A stretch of DNA of 63,765 nucleotides, the filler included, from Chrysochromulina tobinii (lineage: Eukaryota): NCBI GenBank assembly GCA_001275005.1. It is 8 parts of 8 records of this genome, joined end to end, with 100 filler letters (N's around TTAATTAATTAA, not from the genome) between each part and the next. Parts side by side here need not be neighbours in the genome. Positions count along the whole stretch, not along the records: positions 1 to 8,858 come from JWZX01000684.1; positions 8,959 to 14,460 come from JWZX01000687.1; 6 more parts are not named here. One strand, given 5' to 3'. The translations under genes and the position numbers were made by a program. Of the stretch, positions 1 to 12,700 are shown in pieces. The notes beneath the pieces are model-generated. The model was not told where the DNA came from. It saw nothing but the letters and a program-made list of their open reading frames with translations, and searched no databases. The first letter of the stretch is position 1. The number at the start of each line of letters is the position of its first letter.

Positions 1-2021
1 AGCGAGGAAGATACCTGTGCTCGACACCGTCGTCACTGACGACGGTGTCGAGTGCGTCCTTTGCGTTCCCCGAGGGAGGGCGCGCCAGCGGCCCGCGTGC
101 AGCGTCGAGCGTCAGGCCGTGTTCGGGGCGGCCCTCCTGCGTCCGGTTCACTGTTGCGCGCTGCAGCCGCTGGCCCGCTACCGCCACGCGCCACCCCGCC
201 GGCTGCGTGTGTGTGTGCCGCAGGCGTATGCGCCGTACGGGGAACCGTCTCAGTTAGATTGTCAACTAAGTATGCGTATGTCCCCGTCGCGGGATCGCCG
301 CGAAAGTACAAAGAAAACGACCAGGACGCACGGCGGCGATGCTCCGGCCGTACCTGTTGCCGTCACCCTGTCTGCTGCTCCTGGCAACACTGCTGTTGGG
401 CAGGCAGGGTGATTGGCGATGGTTGCCTGGCTGACAATGTTTGGAACGATGAAAGTTCGTACTCGAAGCATGCAAACGTCTTCTTTTGCTCATGTCCTGG
501 AACATCAGCATGGAAGGGGACGAGCTGGCAGGGTCGCCCATGCACGCGCAGCCTGCTTCGACGAGGATGCCCCCCGCGCAGCCGGCCGCGCCGCCTGCGG
601 TTCGGCGCTTGAAGAAGCTCGACGATGACTCCTCGTCGGATGACGAGGCCAGCGCCCACGCAGATCACCCATCTCCAGCCCGTCGTGTGCTGGCAAGCAA
701 GGACATGAACTCGCCCGCTCGGCCGGCGGAGAGCGAGCCGCTTCCTCCGACGAGGGTGCCGCGGGCGCGCGCACCGACGGCAAAGCGGCAGCTGGCCGAC
801 CACGCCGCCGCCGCAGCGCTCGAGGCCAAGAAGGCGCGCACCGAGGCGGCGGCTGCACTGGCGGCTGACAGGGCGCGGCAGCCACCCGTCGAGCGCCTGT
901 CAGTGGCGCAGCAGCTCAAGGATCGGCATGCGACCATGTCGGCGCAGCTCATCGAGGCCCGGGGTCAGCGGGCCCGGCTCGCGGCCTTCGAGCACGAGCT
1001 CGGTCTGCACGGGATCGCCGACGGCGGCGTCTGTGCCGACGTCGACGGCATCGTCGACGAAGCCAACGGCGCGCTCGCCGCCCATTACGCGCTCGATGAA
1101 AAGGGCGAGCCCCTTGTCCTCGAGCCGTGCGATCCCAAGAAGGTTACGGCCGCCGAGCGTCGCACAAGGCTCATGAACCTGCGCGATCGGCTCCAGCGCG
1201 CCTCGGAGCGCCGTCGTGCGGCTCCACGTGCTGCGGAGCGGCATGCTCTCTGCGACCGGTCACGTGGTCACCCTCGTGAACAAGCTGCAGCTCGCGCGCT
1301 CGATGCCCCTCACCTGCGCGGAGACGGGCCATGTGCTCCTGTTCGACAAGAAGTCGCCGAAGAGCCGCGCCTACGTCGTCAACCGTGCACGCGTGAGCGC
1401 CATGCTGCACGGCCTCTGCCACGGCGTGCAGGCGCGGGCGGCCGAGGGCGGCTTCGTGCATGGGGGCCGCAACCTCGAAGCCGAGGAGCCGGGCGCGCCC
1501 GTGGTCATGGACGGGCTCATCCCGACGCGCACCTTCCATGGGCGCCTCTATGAGCGCTACGATGGGCCAGACCATGAGGACGGCTCGCGGCTGCACGGTC
1601 GCTGGTTCCTCCGCGGAGGCACGCCCAACAGGTACTACCGCGACGTGCGCATCGACGCAGATCGCCTGCAGAGTTTGCCCGAAGAGGGCGAGCCCGAGGC
1701 ACTGGTGCAGGTCGAGCTCGACGGCGGCATCGCGGAGCACACCGACCTAGGTCCGGCTGCGGCGCAGCACGAGCTCGAGTCTGAGGGAGGCGGTCTGCGT
1801 GCTGCCGGCGGCGGCGGCGGCGCTGCACAAGTCCATGGCGGCGGCGCTGCAGGAGACCATGGCGGTGGAGGCGACGCTGGCGGTGGCAGCAGCAGCGGCG
1901 CAACCGTCGCCAGGGCCACCCAGCGTTCAAGTCCAACGTCGAGGACGTCCATCGGCCGGTCGCCGACCTCCCCGCCTACTTTTGGACGGGCTCGCTTCCG
2001 GATAACCATCTGCCCGGGCTC

Positions 2022-2760
2022 ATGCGGCTGCTTCGGCAGCACATTGAGATCTCTCGCGGCGCTGAGGCTGCGACTCTCTTCGACGACGACCCGCAGTTTC
2101 GTCGGCGCGTCATGCTGGACTCGCAGCACGTCGTGACCGCGTACTTTGACGCGCGCCAGATCAACTACTTCAACTCGGTGCTCGTCTCCGTGCTGCAGCT
2201 CGACGACGCGTGGTGGCGGTACGAAGGCGCCGACGGGCGAGGCGCGATCCACACGCACCTCCTCGGCTGGTCAAGCCGCCACGCGCGCAAGGTGCGTGAG
2301 GCGCTCGCGAGCTCCGACGACCCTTCCGAGCAGGGGCTCGCGCTGTACGAGTGGCTCCAGACGAGCCGCGCCGACGAGCCCGAGTGCTTGGAGAAGAACA
2401 GCGGCGCGGTCAGTCCGCTGTTCTTCTCCAAGCACCCGGCGGGTCATCCAAACGTCTGCGAGGCCAAGGCGATCGCCATGAGCCGCTCAAGCGCTACCTC
2501 ACCGAGTACGCCACGAAGGGGAACATGTCGTCGCACGACCTCACCGTCATCTTCGGCCAGCTGCTCGACGCCATGGACGGCAAGGGCACGGTGCCGCAGC
2601 TTGTCCAAAAGATGCTCATGCGCATCGTGCGGTGCAAGGACGTGCCCATGTCCCTCGCGACGATGTATGTGAGCGCCGCGGCGCCCTTCACCCACAGCAC
2701 GCGCAAAATTGAGAGCTTTGGGCTCTCGGGCTTCAAGATGATCCAGCCCAAGGCGTCCAA
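2022..2760 (+). pseudogene. Helitron Rep (HUH endonuclease) region, split by frameshifts
   Basis: HTHLLGW lies in ORF 2022..2672 and YLTEYATK in ORF 2351..3661. Confidence 0.75.
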
Positions 2761-3379
2761 GGTTGCCACGAAGGACGGAGGCGGCGGCGGCGATGGCGCC
2801 GGCGGCGCCGGCGATGATGGCGGCGGTGATGACGGCGGCGAAGGCGTTGTCGGCGGCGGGGGCGGCAAAGCGGGTGCCATGATCTCGCGCCTTGACCGCT
2901 TCCTGGCGCTCAAGGAGCGGCGTGTCGTCGACTCGCAGCTCACGCTCTTTGGCTACGTTGCAAAGTGCCCGGCAAACTGCGGCTGCTCGAGGCTTCACGC
3001 GCCCAAGTTCACGGGTGTGCCCAACTACCGCACCTTCCCGCCCACGGAGGGCCACGCGCGCAAGCTCCTTCTTGCATTCCTACCGGCGTGGCCATTTGCG
3101 ACCGACCACAGCGACGGACCGATGCTGCCCAACTCGGCGCTCGTCGATGAGCGCCGATGCTGGAGCGCGGCCGATTACAGCGCCAATTTCGGCTACGAGT
3201 CGCTCGCCGCAGCTCTGTCTGACTTTGTGGGCTATGGCGCCTATGCGCCGCCGACCGTGGGCGTCGACGGCTGCGCGCTCATCAGCCCGGCCGAGCATCG
3301 GCCTCGCTGCCCGCCCTTTCTCCGTGCGATCCTCGATGCGAGCCGCGCCGAGGCCGAGCTGCGCGACGCGCGGGCTGCG

Positions 3380-5896
3380 CGCCGGCAAGGAAAAGCGTGC
3401 GGCCGCGGCCGTGGGCGGTGCGGCGCCCACGCTTCAGACGGGCTACGACTCGGACGCGGACGACGACATGCCCGGGCAGTTTGCGCCGGGCGAGACGGGC
3501 AGTGCGCCCGACGATGCCGCCCTCGTGCGGATGCGCAAGGGCCTCGTCGATGCGATGGATGCCGACGATGCTGCGGCGGCCGCCGGCGACGATGGCGACG
3601 ATTTGCTTCCTCCGGCCTACGTTGGCCCGCCCGGCTTCGACTGGCATGTGCACGCCCTTGAGGGGTGCACACGTGGTGGCACGCGCCTCTTGGACGCCAT
3701 CGAGTACGAGGAGGCACTCGAATTCTGCCTCAAGCTCCTGCCCGAGGCTGCCAAGCAGGCCGAGGCGGCTGATCTGGCGGACGAGACGGGCGCTGTGGAG
3801 CTGCCCGCCGTGCCGCCCCTCTCGGCGGTGGGCAACCAACGCCTCGCCATCGCGCTGCCGCTCGTGCGCGCCCTCGCCAAGCGACTCGACGTACCCGTTG
3901 CGCGCCTGCGCATGTTCCTCATCGGTGGCGCGGGCACGGGCAAGTCGTTTGTGGGCAAGGTCAACTCGCGCCTCGCGCGCCGGCTCGGTGGGCGCAATCG
4001 GGCGGTGCTCAACGTGGCGCCCACGGGTGCCGCGTGCAAGCAGCAGGTGGATGGGCGGACGCTTGCGTCGGTGATGCCGCTGCCGCGAGGCGAGGCAGCG
4101 CGCAAGAGCGACGAGGTAGCTGGCGGCGGCCGTGGCGGTGCGCTCAGCCTGCCAAAGCGCTCCCTCATCCATTCCCTCATCGGTGCGCCCGGCGGGGCGC
4201 CCCACGCCTCCCTCCTCATCGTCGACGAGGTGTTCATGAATGGGCTGCCTCAGTTCGCCATGTCCTCGGAACGCCTCAACGAGGCGCGCGACCTGCCCGA
4301 GGGCGCGGACACTTTTGGGGGCATCGACACGGTCATCATCCAAGGCGATCCGGGCCAGCTGCCCGCCATCGGCGAGGACCTCGAGCTCTTCGAGCGGCCG
4401 CCGCCGACGCGTCTCGCAGAGCATCCCCTGGAGGCGCTGGGCGCCGTGATCTATCGGCAATTCGACCATGCCGTCATGCTGGACGTTAGTCAGCGCCAGA
4501 AGAATCTCGAGATGATTCAGAGGCTGGCACGCCTGCGCATCGGCCGCGTGACGGCCGCCGATGCGGCATTCTACAATGCGCGCGCGCTGCCCAACTTGCC
4601 GCCCGCCGAGCGCGCCCTCTTCGACGGCTCCACGGCGAAGGAGCGTGTCGTCACCGTCGTGAGCAACTACGAGCAGGCGGCCGCCATCCAGCACGGCGTC
4701 CAGGAGCAACTGCGTGATCAGCGGGGCGAGCGCGCCCCTGTTGCCGTGCTGCAGCAGCCCGGGCGCGGCAAGACCGGCAGAGCGGCCGCCATGTGCTGCC
4801 AGGTGCCGCTCAACCTCCGTTTGGCGCAGGGGGAGCCCGTCATGCTCTCAAAGTCGGTGCAGGAGGGCAAGCTCGTGCGCTACGGCCTCTTCAACGGCAA
4901 CGTCGGCACCACCGTGGCCTTCCTCTTCCGCAAGGGGTGCGCGCCGCCCGACAAGCCGGTCGCGATCCTGGTCGACTTCCCGGCGTACACGGGACCACGC
5001 GCCCACCCGGATTGGCCTGCGACATGGGTGCCCATCCTCGAGGAGGACGGTTTGGCCGACCAGACAGACGGCTCCACCCGTCGCGGCTTCCCGCTCGTGT
5101 CCGGCGCCGCAATCGTCGGTCACAAGATGCAGGGCATCACCGTCGGCGAGGGCGAGGCGTTCACCAAGGTGCGCTTCCTCGTCGAGGACGATGTGGGGGT
5201 CGAGGCGAAGAACTGCGGCTACACCTACGTCCTCTTCTCGCGGCCGAAGGAGGATGGGGACTGGTGCATGATGCACTCTGTCGTCGAACGGCGTTTCACC
5301 TACATCAACGGGCAAGAGGCGCTGATCGGACGCTGTGCGGAGATTGAGCGGCTGGCCGAGCTCGCCGCGCGCACCAAGGCGTGCAACGTACACCTCCTCG
5401 AGCCGTCCACCTTCACGGCGCTGCTCCGACGGTGCGACGAGCTCGCGGCGGATGGCCAGCTTGACGGCGTTTGCGCGGCGTGCAAGGCCGGCAAGGCGTG
5501 CGAGCCCAAGTGCGCCGCCTGCGAGGCCGGCGCCTGCGTGCGGCCGATGGCCGAGTGGGCGTCTTGTGCCTGCGTGGTTTGCAGTGCGCTGCGCGAGCTC
5601 GACGCAGCGAAGATAGCCTCGCTTGTGCAGGCGGCGCCTGCGCCGCCGCCGCCCCTGCAGCAGCGCCGAGGCGGCGCGCCACACGGCAGGGTGAGCGATG
5701 GCGGCGGGGCCGCCGCCGCCGCCGTTGCGCCTGTCACGGGCGGGGTCAATTGGCTTCAAATCCTCGTGAGCGACCAGACATGGAAGCAGCTCTCGAGCGC
5801 CTGCGTGGCCTCAGGGCTGCCCCACTCGGGCACCAAGGCGGCGTTGCTTGAGCGACTTCGGGCAGAGCAACGCCGCCGACAAGAGATGCCACCGCC

Positions 5897-5934
<38 letters not shown>

Positions 5935-6956
5935 CATCGTCGCGGCCGCCGTCGCCCGTGAACGCACGTGTGCGAGCCACGTCTCCCCCCTCGAAATCAC
6001 CGGGGCCCTCCCCGCACTTCCGTCAGCGACAGCTGCCGCCGCCGCCCTTGCCGGTTAATGCCGATGTGGCTCGGGAGGCTGCCCGCCGCCGCGCACTGCT
6101 GCAGGTTTCTTTCGAGGCCGAATCAGAGTCGCTCGAGGACGTTGGTGTAGCAGACCGCCGCTTCTTCCCGGCCCAGATACGCCTGCACCTGCAGGACCGT
6201 ATTTACGCCGAGTGTCCTCAGCTGAAGGCCATGGCGGTTCATCTGGGCGTGGACATTGCTGCGATCGACAGCAAAGACAGATTCGACCAGTGCTCATTCT
6301 ACACAGCCGACGGTGCTTGCTATTTGCAGGACGTGGGTGTCTCGTGGCGGGAGACGCTGAGCCCTAGGCTTCTCCGTCAGCATGCGGGCGGGCGGCTGCC
6401 CACTGAGCGCCACCTCATCGTCCTAGTCTGGAATGGGGTGAACCACTTCGACGCCGCAGTGCCTGCAGCAGGAGCTGGTCATTGCGGAGACTCGAGGAAA
6501 CGCGATCGCGATGCTTTGGACGAGGGTGACCCGGAGGCGCGTGGCCGCACGCGGAGGCGGAGAGGGGCGGTGGACGACGTTGAGGTTGAGCCGTCGAGCA
6601 GCTACGAGATCTTGGGGGCCAACGACGACGATCCTGCATGGCAGCCGCTGGTTTGGCCCTCCACCGCCGCGATGCTCGACGCCGCTGGCCTCGAGTTTGT
6701 GAGGATCCCAGGGGATGGGGCGTGCGCTTATTGGGCAGCGCTCCTGACCGTGGGCAGGCTTCCGCGCACGTTCTTTGCAGGTGGGCGCCGGCCGCTCGAT
6801 GGGCGAGACCCGGCAGATGCGGATGCGCGCACTCTGATGCGTGAGCTGCGGCGGGCGGTCGTTTCCTGGCTCGTGGCCCCCGCGCAGCGCGCCTTGCTTC
6901 GCTCGGAGCCCGGAATTGCGCTCACGTTTGAGCAGTACGAGAGAGATTGTCGTTAA
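3380..6956 (+). CDS. Pif1-family SF1 helicase with Cys-rich segment, SAP domain, poly-Pro and OTU-like C-terminus (Helitron Hel; start approximate)
   Basis: Walker A GGAGTGKS (3924-3947), APTG, Walker B IVDE, GDPGQLPAI, QRQ, HKMQGIT and YVLFSR. SAP-like TWKQLSSACVASGLPHSGTKAALLERL (~5778-5860). OTU-like WNGVNHFD and IPGDGACAY. Confidence 0.85.
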
Positions 6957-8858
6957 AACTGTGTCCATTAGATAGGTTTGAGGAACGTTTAGAGAATTAG
7001 TGTCTAGAGTTGTAATGTTCATTACGGTACGGATTCTTCGCGCGCTACTATTGTATGAGCGCTATGTGTGTATCGTCCTATTTGGCTTAGCCAACGGAGC
7101 CAAGGTCTCGTTGGTAAGCGGGACCTACCTCTCTCATCTGGTGTGAACATGGCTCCGCAACCACTTTCCCAAACCTTATTTTCTAACGAAAAGCCAGGAC
7201 GTCGCACACAGTGCGACTCCAAATCATGGCCCATTCATCGCACCACGCAGGCACAATGGCGTCGACACGCGAGCCGTAGCCGGAATGTGATGCACATCTC
7301 CAAAGATCGAGAGATAGTGCATAGCTGGAGGGCCATGGATCGAGTCTGGGGATCATATGGTGTCATACAACACCGAGAATCACACCATTATAGGTCGCTC
7401 TGCATGCCCCTAGTACCGAAATGCGACCAAAACGCGACATCACAGGTCGTACTCAGGGTCACAATGTGACATCTGAGTGGCGAGAGTGACTTGGGATGGC
7501 GTGATTCTCTGTGTTGTATGAGTCCATATAGTCCCTAGACTCGATCTAGGGCCCTCCAGCTATGTGCTGTCTCGCGATCCTTGGAGATTTGCATCGAAAT
7601 CCGGCTTCGCCTCGAATATCGACCCGTGAACCGTTTGGCCACACAGCTCCACAATTCGAGCTCCAAAACACATTCTCTCGCCTGTTCTCGGTAGTGAGTA
7701 TGTTATAGAGTGGTGTGCGATCCTAAGATTAAGAGTGGTCGACGTATGACGCACACTGCAGTACGGAAACCTACATTATGCACACAAGATGCCCTGAACG
7801 ACACACGCGAGTATGCACAGTGCTCCCCTACGCAAGAAGAGTGATGCTCTCGGATCATCAGCCCAGTCGGGATATCTCACGAGGCGACTCCGGCATGCCG
7901 TGAGCCGCCCATGCGACGCTATCTGCGCCGTCCTAGAGCCATCTGCTGTCCTGCGCCTCGTGCGCTGTGGGCGGTGCTGAAGCCATGCATCCGGTTATGC
8001 GATGACCTGCACGCGATCGTTGAGCCCACTACCCCGAAGATGCGGCGTCTCAGCCCCACAGCTGGCTGTAGCGGATGCTCCGTGGGCGGCAAGCCTGGCA
8101 GCTGCCTTCTAGATGGCGGCTCCACTCACATTGGCGCATGCACGTCTCTGCGGACCTGCTGAAGGCATTTGACAGCACTTGTCCTGAGCGCCATCGGCTA
8201 GTCAGGTGGTGGTGTATCTCCAGTGCGCGCGCGGGGCTGATCCGGACGATAGTTACCGCTCACCAGCCTGTCACTCGCTGGCGGGTTCCGATAGAGGTTT
8301 TCTCTTGTGTTGGAGCCGCTCCACGAGCGGCGACTCTGGGAAATTTCCAAAAGTCTAGCACGAGCCAAAAGCGGCGGTACGGGGCGCCTTTTTCTCGCGC
8401 GAGGAGGCCGAGGCTGCGGTGGCTCCCACGCCACCGGGCGACAAGATGATGCCGCCGGAAGCGGGCGTGGAGGCCGAGACCATCGCGCAGCTCACCGGTG
8501 CGCGCCATGGCCTGTCGCCGCGCGCGCTGCCCCGCACTCGGCCGCGCCCCGCACCTCCGTTTTCGAGGAATCGGGTTTGACACGGCATGGGCAGCAGCAG
8601 CCGTCGGCCCTCGTCTTCTTCGTTACGCACGTGATATGCTGATTGTCCGGGTTCCATGCATTTCCATGTCGCGCCCATTGGCGTGTGGCTCTTTTAGAGG
8701 GTCCCCGACCACGCCCTGTTGGCCCCGGCTTGTGCCGAGTTGTGCCGTTGCGGCACGATCACCATGGTTTTGTCACAGGGCATGTATATCAGCATGTGCG
8801 CATGTGTGCCAGGTAGGCACACTAGTGTGTGTGTACTGTACGATCGGGACCATAATAG

Positions 8859-8958
8859 NNNNNNNNNNNNNNNNNNNNNNNNNNNNNNNNNNNNNNNNNN
8901 NNTTAATTAATTAANNNNNNNNNNNNNNNNNNNNNNNNNNNNNNNNNNNNNNNNNNNN
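8859..8958. other. Artificial contig linker
   Basis: N run, then TTAATTAATTAA (stops in six frames), then N run; 100 nt. Confidence 0.98.
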
Positions 8959-9100
8959 GGCGCCACATTTCCGTCCGCGCCCTCCTCCCCCTCGTCCCCC
9001 TGGACCCGATCCCCCCGACTCGCGCCGTACCGGGCGCGCCGCTGAGCGTGACCCGCGACACGCGCAAGGGAAGGGACGCGCGCGCCGCTCCACCCTGTGT

Positions 9101-9191
9101 GGTCCGGTGTCTTGGGTGTCGAATTATAAACATTGGCTGTGAATGCGGTCCGGTGTCTTGGGTGTCGAATTCTAAACATTGGCTGTGAATG
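9101..9191 (+). repeat. Tandem duplication of a 45-bp unit, followed by a GTGAAT/GT microsatellite to ~9260
   Basis: ggtccggtgtcttgggtgtcgaatt(a/c)taaacattggctgtgaatg at 9101-9145 and 9147-9191. Confidence 0.9.
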
Positions 9192-9543
9192 TATGTTTGT
9201 GAATGTGAATGTGTGTGAATGTGAATGTGTGTGTGTGAATGTGAATGTGTGTCTGTGTGACTTCTAACACATCACACAGCAGGTGGCGCACGTAGAAAAG
9301 TTTGCCTTTTGTCTCACCGGACCGTACCTAACGAGGCGGGCGACCGATGGGCGGCTAGAACTTCCCCCCGCTCCCCTGGAGAGGGGCGCCTGGGGCGGTT
9401 CGTTGACCCCCCTAGAGCGGTCCCCACAAATATGACGGCCTATATATATACGGCCCGGGCGGGTTCATCTGTATGATGCATGGTATGATGACACCCTTAC
9501 CCGTTACCCCCTCTCCAGACACCTCGAACCCACAGCACTTTTG

Positions 9544-9673
9544 ACACTATCCCCACCACCTGATTTTGAACTCAGTGATGTTTTGAACTCAGTGATTGAC
9601 GTAAAAGGGGTAGGGGGAGGTATTCTTTCCTGGATTCACACACTATCCCCACCACCTGATTTTGAACTCAGTG
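9544..9673 (+). repeat. 34-bp direct repeat
   Basis: acactatccccaccacctgattttgaactcagtg at 9544-9577 and 9640-9673. Confidence 0.9.
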
Positions 9674-9764
9674 GCAGGCCCCCTTGTGCGTGACGGCTCC
9701 ACGTGTGACTTCACTCACCAGGTGAGAAGTAATGTACGCCCACCACGGCGCGTGCAAACCCTCC

Positions 9765-12700
9765 TCATGCGCGCACGATCGCGCTCCATCGCGCACGATG
9801 CGCGTCCGCGAATGCCCGGGACGGCGCTTGGCTGTCGCCATGTTCAAAGTCGTAAAGTTCAATGTCATTAAGTTCATAGTCGCCGCAAGCGATCTTGGCC
9901 GTGTCCGAATGTGCCATGGGCTCCGTCGATGCTGAACGTTGTTGGGCTTGCATGCACGTTTCGAGCCTCTCGAGCACGGTGCTCATGCTCGGGCGCTCCT
10001 CTGGGCGCTGCGCCCAACACTCACGTATGAGGGCTACGATCGCATTGTAATTCGGGGGCAGCGCGATCGGTGGCCGATCCCCCCGACAGGCGCTGAGGCA
10101 GGCTTCTACCCCCGTCATCCCCTCAAAAGCGCGGCGTTGATGCGTGAGCTCCCAGAGCAAGAGAGCAAAGGCGTAGACATCCGCACGGTCCTCGAAGTTG
10201 ACGAGCGCGCGGCCCAGGCCGAGGCTGCCGCTGCTGCCACCACTCCCATTGCCACGATCGCGGCTCTCGTGCGCCTGACGTTCCGACATCTCCGCCACCC
10301 TCTCGGGCGCAAGATAACGCAGTGTGCCCCCCACTTTGGCCTTGGACTCCTTGTTTCGATCCCGCGCGTAGTTCAGGCTGAGGCTCGCCAGGCCAAAGTC
10401 GGAAAGCTTGCAAACCGTGTGGCTCACGTCGAGCAGTGCATTATCCGTCTTGACGTCAGAGTGCAGGATGCCGTGCGAGTGGAGGAAGCACAGCCCGCTC
10501 GCCAGCTGCACGGCGAAGCGAATCTTCTTGTCGCATGGGAGCACGCTGGCCAGCTGTGGGTGTGGCGGCGGCTCCATCAGCTGGCAACCGAGCGACGCTT
10601 GCGGTGCGATCGACGCTGAGGCGGCGTTGAAGATACCGATGAGGGTACGGAAGATGGGCGCCCCACTCCAGAGGGATGAGACGCCGGCCTGGACGGCTTC
10701 CCCGGGGGACGACCTTGGGTTGAAGAGGTATGAGGCGAGAGAGCCACCGGCCATGTACTCGAGGACGAGCGCGGGCCGCTGGTCGACCTGCATGTGGCCG
10801 AAGAGATGGCAGATGCACGGGTGGCGCAGGCGACGCAGGATGGCCACCTCCTGGAGCATGGCCGCCTCCTGACGCGCTGTTGACGCGTCGACGTTCTCAT
10901 GCTCCACGTTGAGCACCTTGATAGCGAGGTCATTGCCCTGCCACTGCGCAATCCAGACGGTCGCGAAGCCGCCTTGGCCGATCCGCCTGCCCATCGTAAG
11001 CGTCGAGAAGTCCACCACTTCGAGCTGGGTCGGCTCGTCGGTACGCACAGAGGGGACTGCCGTGACGGGGGTTCCACCCGAACCACTCGAGGGGCGGGGC
11101 GAAAGCACTTGCATGGACACGTCATTTTTCTCAAGCAGCTTACGGGATTGCATCTGTCTGTGCTTGCGCCACCGCCGCGTAAATCGCACGAGAAGCGCCA
11201 CGAGAAGTGCAACAATGGAGGCCACCTCGAGAAGCGCAACAATGAGAGCAACCACCTCATTTGGTTGCACCACCATGCCACGCGCAGCTGCACTCAGAGC
11301 AGCAGGTGGTGTCGGCGGCGCGTGTGGGCACTGCTCATCACGCGCGAGGTTGGTCGCGCTCGAGTTGCTGCCCTCGTAGCACGGCAGCAGTTCCGCGGCG
11401 CCTGGCGGGCAGAAGCTGCCCCGCTCGCAAGGCAAGCACGCGGACCCGAAGAGGCCGTCATATGGAGCGTACGAGCCCGGCGAGCAGTCGACACAGATTG
11501 TGCCAGCCTCGCCTTGGCGCTTGCCGCGCGGGCAGGCAGTGCACTCGGCGCCTCCCAAGGAGCGATCGTAGCCAGGCTTGCAGGGGGAGCATTCGCCGCG
11601 GACATTGAGCTCCGTGTGCTCTTCGCACTCGTAGCAGATATCGAAATGGTCATCTCGGCGTGAGGAGGGAGCGGGGCAACGGACGCATCCGTTGCCAAAG
11701 AGGCTGCGTGCAGTGCCAGGCTGAGAGCACCTGATGAAGGGCAGCAATCGGCTGGGACTGTCAGTGTTCCCAAGCAGCACGTCGAGGTCGCCATCGCCGT
11801 CCACGTCCGCTGCCGCGATCGACCACGTGTACGCGCTACCACCGGGCAACTCGTTGCTCGTCGGGAAGGTGCCGCCGCCCGCGTTGAGCAGCAATCGGCT
11901 GGGACTGTGATAGTTCCCAAGCAGCACGTCGAGGTCGCCGTCATCGTCCACGTCCGCTGCCGCGATCGAGAACGTGGACTGGATGCCGCCGGGCAGCTCG
12001 ATGCTCGTCGGGAACGTCCCGCCGCCCGCGTTGAGCAGCACTCGGCTGGGACTGTCAGTGTTCCCAAGCAGCACGTCGAGGTCGCCATCGCCGTCCACGT
12101 CCGCCGCCGCGATCGAACTCGTGCGCGCGCCTGTACCGGACAACTTCAAGCTGGAATGGAACGTACCGTCGCCTGCGTTGAGCAGCACTCGGCTGGGACT
12201 ACCAGAGTTCCCAAGCAGCACATCGAGGTCGCCATCGCCGTCCACGTCCGCTGCCGCGATCGACCACGTGTACGCGCTGCCGCCGGGCAGCTCGATGCTT
12301 ATCGGAAAGGTGCCGCCGCCCGCATTGAGCAGCAATCGGCTGGGACTATCATGGTTCCCAAGCAGCACGTCGAGGTCGCCATCGCCGTCCACGTCCGCCG
12401 CCGCGATCGAGTGCGCGTACTCGATGCCGCCAGGCAGCTCGATGATCGTCAGGAAGGTGCCGCCGCCCTCGTTGAGCAGCAATCGGCTGGGACTGCCGTT
12501 GTTCCCAAGCAGAACGTCAAGGTCGCCATCGCCGTCCACGTCCGCCGCCGCGATCGACTTTGTGTATGCGCTGCCGCCGGGCAACTCGATGCTCGTCGGG
12601 AAGGTGCCGTCGCCAGCGTTGAGCAGCACTCGGGAACTGCCGTCGTTCCCTAGCAGCACGTCGAGGTCGCCATCGCCATCCATGTCCCCTACCGCGATCG

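Larger units (their letters stand above)
540..6956 (+). mobile_element. Helitron (Helentron/Helitron2-like) Rep-helicase element, frameshifted; termini not identified
   Basis: HUH motif WWRYEGADGRGAIHTHLLGW (~2210-2270), Y motif LKRYLTEYATKG (~2486-2521) and Pif1 motifs downstream. Coding frame switches several times (ORFs 486, 1216, 1799, 2022, 2351, 2892). Confidence 0.85.

Noticed and set aside
6960..8858. Short ORFs and a candidate Helitron 3' end
   Set aside because: There are no recognisable domains, and I found no convincing hairpin plus CTRR terminus.
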